Below, piece after piece: positions 10,834 through 23,442 of a stretch of 64,000 nt of DNA. The number at the start of each line of letters is the position of its first letter. Positions within the stretch are counted from its first letter, which is position 1. Below the pieces are notes generated by a model, which did no database searches, was not told the origin of the DNA, and saw only the letters and a program-made list of their open reading frames with translations. This DNA is from Eledone cirrhosa (lineage: Eukaryota), in contig OZ024744.1 of the NCBI GenBank assembly GCA_964016885.1, forward strand, positions 134,974,001 to 135,038,000. The letters are read 5' to 3'. Made by a program: the position numbers and the translations under genes.

Positions 10834-13800
10834 AGTCGGGGTTAAGTTAAGTTGGCGTTAAGTTAAGTTGGCGTTAAGTTAAGTTAGGCTTAACTTAAGT
10901 TGGGGTTCAGTTAAGTTGGGGGTAAGTTAAGTTGGGGTTCAGTTAAGTTAGGGTTAAGTTAAGTTGGGGTTGAGTTAAGTTGGGGTTAATTAAGTGGTGG
11001 TTATGTTAAGTTGGGGTTAAGTTAAGTTGGGGTTAATTTAAATTGGGGTTAAGTTAACTTTGTGGTTAAGTTAAGTTGGGGTTAAGTTAAGTTGGGGTTC
11101 AGTTAAGTTGGGGTTCAGTTAAGTTGGGGTTAAGTTAAGTTGGGGTTGAGTTAAGTTGGGGTTGAGTTAAATTGGGGTTGAGTTAAGTTGGGGTTGAGTT
11201 AAGTTGGTGTTGAGTTAAGTTGGGGTTAAGTTAAGTTGGGGTTAAGTTAAGTTGCAGTTAAGTTAAGTTGAGGTTAAGTTAAGGTGGGGTTAAGTTAAGT
11301 CGGGGTTAAGTTAAGTTGTGGTTGAGTTAAGTTGGGGTTAATTTAAGTTGGGGCTAAGTTAATTTGTGGTTAAGTTAAGTTGGGGTTAAGTTAAGTTGGG
11401 GTTAAGTTAAGTTGGGGTTGAGTTAAGTTGGGGTTGAGTTAATTTGGGGTTAAGTTAAGTTGGGGTTAAGTTAAGTTGGGTTTAAGTTAAGTTGGGGTTA
11501 AATTAAGTTGGGGTTAAATTAAGTTGGGGTTAAGTTAAGTTGGGGGTAAGTTAAGTTAGGGGCAAGTTAAGTTGGGGTTAATTTAAGTTGGGGTTAAATT
11601 AAGTTGGGGTTACGTTAAGTTGGTGTTAAGTTAAGTTGGGGTTAATTTAAGTTGGGGTTACTTAAGTTGGGGTTAAGTTAAGTTGGGGTTAAGTTAAGTT
11701 GGGGTTAATTTAAGTTGGTGTTGAGTTAAGTTGGGGTTAAGTTAAGTTGGGGTTATATTAAGTTGGGGTTAAGTTAAGTTGGGGTTCAGTTAAGTTGGGG
11801 ATAAGTTAAGTTGGGGTTAAGTTAAATTGGGGTTAATTAAGTTGGGGTTAAGTTAAGTTGGGGTTAAGTTAAGTTGGGGCTAAGTTAAGTTGGGGCTGAG
11901 TTAAGTTGGGTCTGAGTTAAGTTGGGGTTAAGTTAATTTGGGGTTGAGTTAATTCGGGGTTAAGTTAAGTTGGGGTTAAGTTGGGGTTAAGTTAAGTTAG
12001 GTTTAAGTTAAGTTGGGGTTAAGTTAAGTTGGGGTTAAGTTAAGTTGGGGTTAAGTTAAGTTGGGGTTAAGTTAAGTTGGGGTTAAGTTAATTTGTGGTT
12101 TAGTTAAGTTGGGGTTAAGTTAAGTTGGGGTTAAGTTAAGTTGGGGTTAAGTTAAGTTGGGGTTAAGTTAAGTTGGGGATAAGTTAAGTTGGGGATAATT
12201 TAAGTTGGGGTTAAGTTAAGTTGGGGTTAAGTTAAGTCGGGGTTAAGTTAAGTCGGGGTTAAGTTAAGTTGGGGTTAAGTTAAGTTGGGGTTAAGTTAAG
12301 TTGGGGTTAAGTTAAGTTGGGGTTAAGTTAAGTTGGGGTTAAGTTAAGTTGGGGTTAAGTTAAGTTGAGGTTAAGTTAAGTTGGGGTTAAATTAAGTTGG
12401 GGTTAAGTTAAGTTGGGGTTAAGTTAAGTTGGGGTTAAGTTAAGTTGGGGATAAGTTAAGTTGGGGATAATTTAAGTTGGGGTTAAGTTAAGTTGGGTTT
12501 AAGTTAAGTTGGGGTTAAGTTAAGTTGGGGCTAAGTTAAGTTGGGGCTGAGTTAAGTTGGGGTTAAGTTAAGTTGGGGGCAAGTTAAGTTGGGGTTAATT
12601 TAAGTTGGGGTTTATTTAAGTTGGGGTTAAGTTAAGTTGGGGTTCAGTTAAGTTGGGGTTAAGTTAAGTTGGGGTTAAGATGGGGTTAAATTAAGTTGGG
12701 GTTAAGTTAAGTTGGGGTTAAGTTAAGTTGGGGTTAAGTTAAGTTGGGGTTAAGTTAAGTCGGGGTTAAGTTAAGTCGGGGTTAAGTTAAGTTAGGGTTC
12801 AGTTAATTGGGGTTAAGTTAAGTTGGGGTTGAGTTAAGTTGGGGTTGAGTTAAATTGGGGTTGAGTTAAGTTGGGGTTGAGTTAAGTTGGTGTTGAGTTA
12901 AGTTGGGGTTAAGTTAAGTTGGGGTTAAATTAAGTTGGGGTTAAATTAAGTTGGGGTTAAGTTAAGTTGGGGGTAAGTTAAGTTGGGGGCAAGTTAAGTT
13001 GGGGTTAATTTAAGTTGGGGTTAAATTAAGTTGGGGTTACGTTAAGTTGGTGCTAAGTTAAGTTGGGGTTAATTTAAGTTGGGGTTAATTAAGTTGGGGT
13101 TAAGTTAAGTTGGGGTTAAGTTAAGTTGGGGTTAATTTAAGTTGGGGTTGAGTTAAGTTGGGGTTAAGTTAATTTGGGGTTATATTAAGTTGGGGTTAAG
13201 TTAAGTTGGGGTTCAGTTAAGTTGGGGTTAAGTTAAGTTGGGGTTAAGTTAAGTTGAGGTTAAGTTAAGTTGGGGTTAAGTTAAGTTGGTGTTAAGTTAA
13301 GTTGGGGCTAAGTTAAGTTGGGGCTGAGTTAAGTTGGGGCTGAGTTAAGTTGGGGCTAAATTAAGTTGGGGTTGAGTTAAGTTGGGGTTAAGTTGGGGTT
13401 AAGTTAAGTTAGGTTTAAGTTAAGTTGGGGTTAAGTTAAGTTGGGGTTAAGTTAAGGTGGGGTTAAGTTAAGTTGGGGTTAAGTTAAGTTGTGGTTAAGT
13501 TAAGTTGGGGTTAATTTAAGTTGGGGTTAATTTAAGTTGGGGTTAAGTTAAGTTAGGGTTAAGTTAAGTTGGGGTAATTAAGTTGGGGTTAAGTTAAGTT
13601 GGGGATAATTTAAGTTGGGGTTAAGTTAAGTTTGAGTTTAAGTTAAGTTGGGGTTAAGTTAAGTTGGGGTTAAGTTAAGTTGGGGTTAAGTTAAGTTGGT
13701 TAGTTAAGTTGAGTTTAAGTTAAGTTGGGGTTAATTTAAGTTGGGGTTAAGTTAAGCTGGGGTTAAGTTAAGTTGGGGTTAAGTTAAGTTGGGGTTAATT

Positions 13801-14016
13801 TAAGTTGGGGTTAAGTTAAGTTGGGGTTAAGTTAAGTCGGGGTTAAGTTAAGTTGGGGTTAAGTTAAGTTGGGGTTAAGTTAAGTTGGGGTTAAGTTAAG
13901 TTGGTTAGTTAAGTTGAGTTTAAGTTAAGTTGGGGTTAATTTAAGTTGGGTTAAGTTAAGTTGGGGTTAAGTTAAGTTGGGGTTAAGTTAAGTTGGGGTT
14001 AAGTTAAGTTGGGGTT

Positions 14017-14191
14017 AACCCCAACTTAACTTAACCCCAACTTCACTCAACCCCAACGTAACTCAACCCCAACTTAACTTAACCCCAACTTCACTCAACC
14101 CCAAGTTAACTTAACCCCAACTTCACTCAACCCCAACTTCCAACTTGACTTAACCCCAACTTAACTTAGCCCCAACTTAACTTAAGCCCAA
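14017..14191 (-). repeat. Inverted 175-bp satellite block, copy 5 (type A)
   Basis: CCCCAAGTTAAC variant and downstream TTAAAGTGGCG, as in copies 1 and 2. Confidence 0.97.
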
Positions 14192-16605
14192 AGTCGGGGT
14201 TAAGTTAAGTTGGCGTTAAGTTAAAGTGGCGTTAAGTTAAGTTAGGCTTAACTTAAGTTGGGGTTCAGTTAAGTTGGGGGTAAGTTAAGTTGGGGGTAAG
14301 TTAAGTTGGGGTTAAGTTAAGTTGCGGTTAAGTTGGGGTTAAGTTAAGTTAGGGTTAAGTTAAGTTGGGGTTGAGTTAAGTTGGGGTTAATTAAGTGGTG
14401 GTTATGTTAAGTTGGGGTTAAGTTAAGTTGGGGTTAATTTAAATTGGGGTTAAGTTAACTTTGTGGTTAAGTTAAGTTGGGGTTAAGTTAAGTTGGGGTA
14501 AAGTTGGGGTTGAGTTAAGTTGGGGTTGAGTGAAGTTGGGGTTAAGTTAAGTTGGGGTTAAGTTAAGTTGGGGTTAAGATAAGTCGGGGTTAAGTTAAGT
14601 TGTGGTTGAGTTAAGTTGGGGTTAATTTAAGTTGGGGCTAAGTTAATTTGTGGTTAAGTTAAGTTGGGGTTAAGTTAAGTTGGGGTTCAGTTAAGTTGGG
14701 GTTGAGTTAAGTTGGGTCTGAGTTAATTTGGGTTTAAGTTAAGTTGGGGTTAAGTTAAGTTGGGTTTAAGTTAAGTTGGGGTTAAATTAAGTTGGGGTTA
14801 AATTAAGTTGGGGTTAAGTTAAGTTGGGGGTAAGTTAAGTTGGGGGCAAGTTAAGTTGGGGTTAATTTAAGTTGGGGTTAAATTAAGTTGGGGTTAAGTT
14901 AAGTTGGGGCTAAGTTAAGTTGGGGCTGAGTTAAGTTGGGGCTGAGTTAAGTTGGGGCTAAGTTAAGTTGGGGTTGAGTTAAGTTGGGGTTAAGTTGGGG
15001 TTAAGTTAAGTTAGGTTTAAGTTAAGTTGGGGTTAAGTTAAGTTGGGGTTAAGTTAAGTTGGGGTTAAGTTAAGTTGGGGTTAAGTTAAGTTGGGGTTAA
15101 GTTAAGTTGGGGTTAAGTTAAGTTGGGGTTAAGTTAATTTGTGGTTAAGTTAAGTTGTGGTTAAGTTAAGTTGGGGTTAAGTTAAGTTGGGGTTAAGTTA
15201 AGTCGGGGTTAAGTTAAGTTGGGGTTAAGTTAAGTTGGGGTTAATTAAGTTGGGGTTAAGTTAAGTTGGGGTTAAGTTAAGTTGGGGTTAATTTAAGTTG
15301 GGGTTGAGTTAAGTTGGGGTTGAGTTAAATTGGGGTTGAGTTAAGTTGGGGTTGAGTTAAGTTGGTGTTGAGTTAAGTTGGGGTTAAGTTAAGTTGGGGT
15401 TAAATTAAGTTGGGGTTAAATTAAGTTGGGGTTAAGTTAAGTTGGGGGTAAGTTAAGTTGGGGGCAAGTTAAGTTGGGGTTAATTTAAGTTGGGGTTAAA
15501 TTAAGTTGGGGTTACGTTAAGTTGGTGCTAAGTTAAGTTGGGGTTAATTTAAGTTGGGGTTAATTAAGTTGGGGTTAAGTTAAGTTGGGGTTAAGTTAAG
15601 TTGGGGTTAATTTAAGTTGGGGTTGAGTTAAGTTGGGGTTAAGGTAATTTGGGGTTATATTAAGTTGGGGTTAAGTTAAGTTGGGGTTCAGTTAAGTTGG
15701 GGTTAAGTTAAGTTGGGGTTAAGTTAAGTTGAGGTTAAGTTAAGTTGGGGTTAAGTTAAGTTGGTGTTAAGTTAAGTTGGGGCTAATTTAAGTTGGGGCT
15801 GAGTTAAGTTGGGGCTGAGTTAAGTTGGGGCTAAATTAAGTTGGGGTTGAGTTAAGTTGGGGTTAAGTTGGGGTTAAGTTATGTTAGGTTTAAGTTAAGT
15901 TGGGGTTAAGTTAAGTTGGGGTTAAGTTAAGTTGGGGTTAAGTTAAGTTGGGGTTAAGTTAAGTTGGGGTTAAGTTAATTTGTGGTTAAGTTAAGTTGTG
16001 GTTAAGTTAAGTTGGGGTTAAGTTAAGTTGGGGTTAATTTAAGTTGGGGTTAAGTTAAGTTGGGGTTAAGTTAAGTTGGGGTTAAGTTAAGTTGGGGTTA
16101 AGTTAAGTTGGGGATAATTTAAGTTGGGGTTAAGTTAAGTTTGAGTTTAAGTTAAGTTGGGGTTAAGTTAAGTTGGGGTTAAGTTAAGTTGGGGTTAAGT
16201 TAAGTTGGGGTTAAGTTAAGTTGGTTAGTTAAGTTGAGTTTAAGTTAAGTTGGGGTTAATTTAAGTTGGGGTTAAGTTAAGCTGGGGTTAAGTTAAGTTG
16301 GGGTTAAGTTAAGTTGGGGTTAATTTAAGTTGGGGTTAAGTTAAGCTGGGGTTAAGTTAAGTTGGGGTTAAGTTAAGTTGGGGTTAATTTAAGTTGGGGT
16401 TAAGTTAAGTTGGGGTTAAGTTAAGTCGGGGTTAAGTTAAGTTGGGGTTAAGTTAAGTTGGGGTTAAGTTAAGTTGGGGTTAAGTTAAGTTGGTTAGTTA
16501 AGTTGAGTTTAAGTTAAGTTGGGGTTAATTTAAGTTGGGTTAAGTTAAGTTGGGGTTAAGTTAAGTTGGGGTTAAGTTAAGTTGGGGTTAAGTTAGGTTG
16601 GGGTT

Positions 16606-16780
16606 AACCCCAACTTAACTTAACCCCAACTTCACTCAACCCCAACGTAACTCAACCCCAACTTAACTTAACCCCAACTTCACTCAAGCCCAACTTAACT
16701 TAACCCCAACTTCACTCAACCCCAACTTCCAACTTGACTTAACCCCAACTTAACTTAGCCCCAACTTAACTTAAGCCCAA
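16606..16780 (-). repeat. Inverted 175-bp satellite block, copy 6 (type B)
   Basis: Preceded by TTAGGTTGGGG. The internal CAAGCC variant is shared with copy 3. Confidence 0.97.
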
Positions 16781-19342
16781 AGTCGGGGTTAAGTTAAGTT
16801 GGCGTTAAGTTAAGTTGGCGTTAAGTTAAGTTAGGCTTAACTTAAGTTGGGGTTCAGTTAAGTTGGGGGTAAGTTAAGTTGGGGTTAAGTTAAGTTAGGG
16901 TTAAGTTAAGTTGGGGTTGAGTTAAGTTGGGGTTAATTAAGTGGTGGTTATGTTAAGTTGGGGTTAAGTTAAGTTGGGGTTAATTTAAATTGGGGTTAAG
17001 TTAACTTTGTGGTTAAGTTAAGTTGGGGTTAAGTTAAGTTGGGGTAAAGTTGGGGTTGAGTTAAGTTGGGGTTGAGTGAAGTTGGGGTTAAGTTAAGTTG
17101 GGGTTAAGTTAAGTTGGGGTTAAGATAAGTCGGGGTTAAGTTAAGTTGTGGTTGAGTTAAGTTGGGGTTAATTTAAGTTGGGGCTAAGTTAATTTGTGGT
17201 TAAGTTAAGTTGGGGTTAAGTTAAGTTGGGGTTAAGTTAAGTTGGGGTTGATTTAAGTTGGGGCTGAGTTAATTTGGGTTTAAGTTAAGTTGGGGTTAAG
17301 TTAAGTTGGGTTTAAGTTAAGTTGGGGTTAAATTAAGTTGGGGTTAAATTAAGTTGGGGTTAAGTTAAGTTGGGGGTAAGTTAAGTTGGGGGCAAGTTAA
17401 GTTGGGGTTAATTTAAGTTGGGGTTAAATTAAGTTGGGGTTACGTTAAGTTGGTGTTAAGTTAAGTTGGGGTTAATTTAAGTTGGGGTTAATTAAGTTGG
17501 GGTTAAGTTAAGTTGGGGTTAAGTTAAGTTGGGGTTAATTTAAGTTGGGGTTGAGTTAAGTTGGGGTTAAGTTAAGTTGGGGTTATATTAAATTGGGGTT
17601 AAGTTAAGTTGGGGTTCAGTTAAGTTGGGGTTAAGTTAAGTTGGGGTTAAGTTAAGTTGAGGTTAAGTTAAGTTGGGGTTAAGTTAAGTTGGTGTTAAGT
17701 TAAGTTGGGGCTAAGTTAAGTTGGGGCTGAGTTAAGTTGGGGCTGAGTTAAGTTGGGGCTAAGTTAAGTTGGGGTTGAGTTAAGTTGGGGTTAAGTTGGG
17801 GTTAAGTTAAGTTAGGTTTAAGTTAAGTTGGGGTTAAGTTAAGTTGGGGTTAAGTTAAGTTGGGGTTAAGTTAAGTTGGGGTTAAGTTAAGTTGGGGTTA
17901 AGTTAAGTTGGGGTTAAGTTAAGTTGGGTTAAGTTAATTTGTGGTTAAGTTAAGTTGTGGTTAAGTTAAGTTGGGGTTAAGTTAAGTTGGGGTTAAGTTA
18001 AGTCGGGGTTAAGTTAAGTTGGGGTTAAGTTAAGTTGGGGTTAATTAAGTTGGGGTTAAGTTAAGTTGGGGTTAAGTTAAGTTGGGGTTAATTTAAGTTG
18101 GGGTTGAGTTAAGTTGGGGTTGAGTTAAATTGGGGTTGAGTTAAGTTGGGGTTGAGTTAAGTTGGTGTTGAGTTAAGTTGGGGTTAAGTTAAGTTGGGGT
18201 TAAATTAAGTTGGGGTTAAATTAAGTTGGGGTTAATTTAAGTTGGGGGTAAGTTAAGTTGGGGGCAAGTTAAGTTGGGGTTAATTTAAGTTGGGGTTAAA
18301 TTAAGTTGGGGTTACGTTAAGTTGGTGCTAAGTTAAGTTGGGGTTAATTTAAGTTGGGGTTAATTAAGTTGGGGTTAAGTTAAGTTGGGGTTAAGTTAAG
18401 TTGGGGTTAATTTAAGTTGGGGTTGAGTTAAGTTGGGGTTAAGTTAATTTGGGGTTATATTAAGTTGGGGTTAAGTTAAGTTGGGGTTCAGTTAAGTTGG
18501 GGTTAAGTTAAGTTGGGGTTAAGTTAAGTTGAGGTTAAGTTAAGTTGGGGTTAAGTTAAGTTGGTGTTAAGTTAAGTTGGGGCTAAGTTAAGTTGGGGCT
18601 GAGTTAAGTTGGGGCTGAGTTAAGTTGGGGCTAAATTAAGTTGGGGTTGAGTTAAGTTGGGGTTAAGTTGGGGTTAAGTTATGTTAGGTTTAAGTTAAGT
18701 TGGGGTTAAGTTAAGTTGGGGTTAAGTTAAGTTGGGGTTAAGTTAAGTTGGGGTTAAGTTAAGTTGGGGTTAAGTTAAGTTGGGGTTAAGTTAATTTGTG
18801 GTTAAGTTAAGTTGTGGTTAAGTTAAGTTGGGGTTAAGTTAAGTTGGGGTTAATTTAAGTTGGGGTTAAGTTAAGTTGGGGTTAAGTTAAGTTGGGGTTA
18901 AGTTAAGTTGGGGTTAAGTTAAGTTGGGGATAATTTAAGTTGGGGTTAAGTTAAGTTTGAGTTTAAGTTAAGTTGGGGTTAAGTTAAGTTGGGGTTAAGT
19001 TAAGTTGGGGTTAAGTTAAGTTGGTTAGTTAAGTTGAGTTTAAGTTAAGTTGGGGTTAATTTAAGTTGGGGTTAAGTTAAGCTGGGGTTAAGTTAATTTG
19101 GGGTTAAGTTAAGTTGGGGTTAATTTAAGTTGGGGTTAAGTTAAGTTGGGGTTAAGTTAAGTCGGGGTTAAGTTAAGTTGGGGTTAAGTTAAGTTGGGGT
19201 TAAGTTAAGTTGGGGTTAAGTTAAGTTGGTTAGTTAAGTTGAGTTTAAGTTAAGTTGGGGTTAATTTAAGTTGGGGTTAAGTTAAGTTGGGGTTAAGTTA
19301 AGTTGGGGTTAAGTTAAGTTGGGGTTAAGTTAAGTTGGGGTT

Positions 19343-19517
19343 AACCCCAACTTAACTTAACCCCAACTTCACTCAACCCCAACGTAACTCAACCCCAACT
19401 TAACTTAACCCCAACTTCACTCAACCCCAACTTAACTTAACCCCAACTTCACTCAACCCCAACTTCCAACTTGACTTAACCCCAACTTAACTTAGCCCCA
19501 ACTTAACTTAAGCCCAA
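19343..19517 (-). repeat. Inverted 175-bp satellite block, copy 7 (type C)
   Basis: Same junctions, consensus internal sequence. Lies 2737 bp after copy 6, as copy 4 does after copy 3. Confidence 0.97.
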
Positions 19518-22061
19518 AGTCGGGGTTAAGTTAAGTTGGCGTTAAGTTAAGTTGGCGTTAAGTTAAGTTAGGCTTAACTTAAGTTGGGGTTCAGTTAAGT
19601 TGGGGGTAAGTTAAGTTGGGGTTAAGTTAAGTTAGGGTTAAGTTAAGTTGGGGTTGAGTTAAGTTGGGGTTAATTAAGTGGTGGTTATGTTAAGTTGGGG
19701 TTAAGTTAAGTTGGGGTTAATTTAAATTGGGGTTAAGTTAACTTTGTGGTTAAGTTAAGTTGGGGTTAAGTTAAGTTGGGGTAAAGTTGGGGTTGAGTTA
19801 AGTTGGGGTTGAGTGAAGTTGGGGTTAAGTTAAGTTGGGGTTAAGTTAAGTTGGGGTTAAGATAAGTCGGGGTTAAGTTAAGTTGTGGTTGAGTTAAGTT
19901 GGGGTTAATTTAAGTTGGGGCTAAGTTAATTTGTGGTTAAGTTAATTTGGGGTTAAGTTAAGTTTGGGTTAAGTTAAGTTGGGGTTGAGTTAAGTTGGGG
20001 CTGAGTTAATTTGGGTTTAAGTTAAGTTGGGGTTAAGTTAAGTTGGGTTTAAGTTAAGTTGGGGTTAAATTAAGTTGGGGTTAAATTAAGTTGGGGTTAA
20101 GTTAAGTTGGGGGTAAGTTAAGTTGGGGGCAGGTTAAGTTGGGGTTAATTTAAGTTGGGGTTAAATTAAGTTGGGGTTACGTTAAGTTGGTGTTAAGTTA
20201 AGTTGGGGTTAATTTAAGTTGGGGTTAATTAAGTTGGGGTTAAGTTAAGTTGGGGTTAAGTTAAGTTGGGGTTAATTTAAGTTGGGGTTGAGTTAAGTTG
20301 GGGTTAAGTTAAGTTGGGGTTATATTAAGTTGGGGTTAAGTTAAGTTGGGGTTCAGTTAAGTTGGGGTTAAGTTAAGTTGGGGTTAAGTTAAGTTGAGGT
20401 TAAGTTAAGTTGGGGCTAAGTTAAGTTGGGGCTGAGTTAAGTTGGGGCTGAGTTAAGTTGGGGCTAAGTTAAGTTGGGGTTGAGTTAAGTTGGGGTTAAG
20501 TTGGGGTTAAGTTAAGTTAGGTTTAAGTTAAGTTGGGGTTAAGTTAAGTTGGGGTTAAGTTAAGTTGGGGTTAAGTTAAGTTGGGGTTAAGTTAATTTGT
20601 GGTGAAGTTAAGTTGTGGTTAAGTTAAGTTGGGGTTAAGTTAAGTTGGGGTTAATTTAAGTCGGGGTTAAGTTAAGTTGGGGTTAAGTTAAGTTGGGGTT
20701 AATTTAAGTTGGGGTTAAGTTAAGTTGGGGTTAAGTTAAGTTGGGGTTAAGTTAAGTCGGGGTTAAGTTAAGTTGGGGTTAAGTTAAGTTGGGGTTAATT
20801 TAAGTTGGGGTTAAGTTAAGTTGGGGTTAAGTTAAGTTGGGGTTAAGTTAAGTTGGGGTTAAGTTAAGTTGGGGATAATTTAAGTTGGGGTTTATTTTAG
20901 TTGGGGTTAAGTTAAGTTGGGGTTCAGTTAAGTTGGGGTTAAGTTAAGTTGGGGTTAAGATGGGGTTAAATTAAGTTGGGGTTAAGTTAAGTTGGGGTTA
21001 AGTTAAGTTGGGGTTAAGTTAAGTTGGGGTTAAGTTAAGTCGGGGTTAAGTTAAGTCGGGGTTAAGTTAAGTTAGGGTTCAGTTAAGTTGGGGTTAAGTT
21101 AAGTTGGGGTTAAGTTAAGTTGGGGTTAAGTTAAGTTGAGGTTAAGTTAAGTTGGGGTTAAGTTAAGTTGGTGTTAAGTTAAGTTGGGGCTAAGTTAAGT
21201 TGGGGCTGAGTTAAGTTGGGGCTGAGTTAAGTTGGGGCTAAGTTAAGTTGGGGTTGAGTTAAGTTGGGGTTAAGTTGGGGTTAAGTTAAGTTAGGTTTAA
21301 GTTAAGTTGGGTTTAAGTTAAGTTGGGGTTAAGTTAAGTTTGGGTTAAGTTAAGTTGGGGTTAAGTTAAGTTGGGGTTAAGTTAAGTTGGGGTTAAGTTA
21401 ATTTGTGGTTAAGTTAAGTTGTGGTTAAGTTAAGTTGGGGTTAAGTTAAGTTGGGGTTAAGTTAAGTCGGGGTTAAGTTTAGTTGGGGTTAAGTTAAGTT
21501 GGGGTTAAGTTAAGTTGGGGTTAAGTTAAGTTGGGGTTAAGTTAAGTCGGGGTTAAGTTAAGTTGGGGTTAAGTTAAGTTGGGGTTAATTTAAGTTGGGG
21601 TTAAGTTAAGTTGGGGTTAAGTTAAGTTGGGGTTAAGTTAAGTTGGGGTTAAGTTAAGTTGGGGATAATTTAAGTTGGGGTTAAGTTAAGTTTGAGTTTA
21701 AGTTAAGTTGGGGTTAAGTTAAGTTGGGGTTAAGTTAAGTTGGGGTTAAGTTAAGTTGGTTAGTTAAGTTGAGTTTAAGTTAAGTTGGGGTTAATTTAAG
21801 TTGGGGTTAAGTTAAGCTGGGGTTAAGTTAAGTTGGGGTTAAGTTAAGTTGGGGTTAATTTAAGTTGGGGTTAAGTTAAGTTGGGGTTAAGTTAAGTCGG
21901 GGTTAAGTTAAGTTGGGGTTAAGTTAAGTTGGGGTTAAGTTAAGTTGAGGTTAAGTTAAGTTGGTTAGTTAAGTTGAGTTTAAGTTAAGTTGGGGTTAAT
22001 TTAAGTTGGGGTTAAGTTAAGTTGGGGTTAAGTTAAGTTGGGGTTAAGTTAAGTTGGGGTT

Positions 22062-22236
22062 AACCCCAACTTAACTTAACCCCAACTTCACTCAACCCCA
22101 ACGTAACTCAACCCCAACTTAACTTAACCCCAACTTCACTCAACCCCAACTTAACTTAACCCCAACTTCACTCAACCCCAACTTCCAACTTGACTTAACC
22201 CCAACTTAACTTAGCCCCAACTTAACTTAAGCCCAA
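22062..22236 (-). repeat. Inverted 175-bp satellite block, copy 8
   Basis: Consensus block. The right flank keeps only one GGCG monomer before switching context. Confidence 0.97.
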
Positions 22237-23267
22237 AGTCGGGGTTAAGTTAAGTTGGCGTTAAGTTAAGTTGGGGTTAAGTTAAGTCGGGGTTAAGTTA
22301 AGTCGGGGTTAAGTTAAGTTAGGGTTCAGTTAAGTTGGGGTTAAGTTAAGTTGGGGTTGAGTTAAGTTGGGGTTGAGTTAAATTGGGGTTGAGTTAAGTT
22401 GGGGTTGAGTTAAGTTGGTGTTGAGTTAAGTTGGGGTTAAGTTAAGTTGGGGTTAAATTAAGTTGGGGTTAAATTAAGTTGGGGTTAAGTTAAGTTGGGG
22501 GTAAGTTAAGTTGGGGTTAATTTAAGTTGGGGTTAATTAATGTTGGGGTTAAGTTTGAGTTGGGGTTAAGTTACGTTGGGGTTAAGTTAAGTTGAGGTTA
22601 AGTTAAGTTGGGGTTAAGTTAAGTTGGTGTTAAGTTAAGTTGGGGCTAAGTTAAGTTGGGGCTGAGTTAAGTTGGGGCTGAGTTAAGTTGGGGCTAAGTT
22701 AAGTTGGGGTTGAGTTAAGTTGGGGTTAAGTTGGGGTTAAGTTAAGTTAGGTTTAAGTTAAGTTGGGTTTAAGTTAAGTTGGGGTTAAGTTAAGTTGGGG
22801 TTAAGTTAAGTTGGGGTTAAGTTAAGTTGGGGTTAAGTTAATTTGGGGTTAAGTTAATTTGTGGTTAAGTTAAGTTGTGGTTAAGTTAAGTTGGGGTTAA
22901 GTTAAGTTGGGGTTAAGTTAAGTCGGGGTTAAGTTAAGTTGGGGTTAATTTAAGTTGGGGTTAAGTTAAGTTGGGGTTAAGTTAAGTTGGGGTTAAGTTA
23001 AGTCGGGGTTAAGTTAAGTTGGGGTTAAGTTAAGTTGGGGTTAATTTAAGTTGGGGTTAAGTTAAGTTGGGGTTAAGTTAAGTTGGGGTTAAGTTAAGTT
23101 GGGGTTAAGTTAATTTGGGGATAATTTAAGTTGGGGTTAATTTAAGTTTGAGTTTAAGTTAAGTTGGGGTTAAGTTAAGTTGGGGTTAAGTTAATTTGGG
23201 GATAATTTAAGTTGGGGTTAAGTTAAGTTGGGGTTAAGTTAAGTTGGGGTTAAGTTAAGTTGGGGTT

Positions 23268-23442
23268 AACCCCAACTTAACTTAACCCCAACTTCACTCA
23301 ATCCCAACGTAACTCAACCCCAACTTAACTTAACCCCAACTTCACTCAACCCCAACTTAACTTAACCCCAACTTCACTCAACCCCAACTTCCAACTTGAC
23401 TTAACCCCAACTTAACTTAGCCCCAACTTAACTTAAGCCCAA
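23268..23442 (-). repeat. Inverted 175-bp satellite block, copy 9
   Basis: Same junctions, with a private AATCCC variant. Confidence 0.97.
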
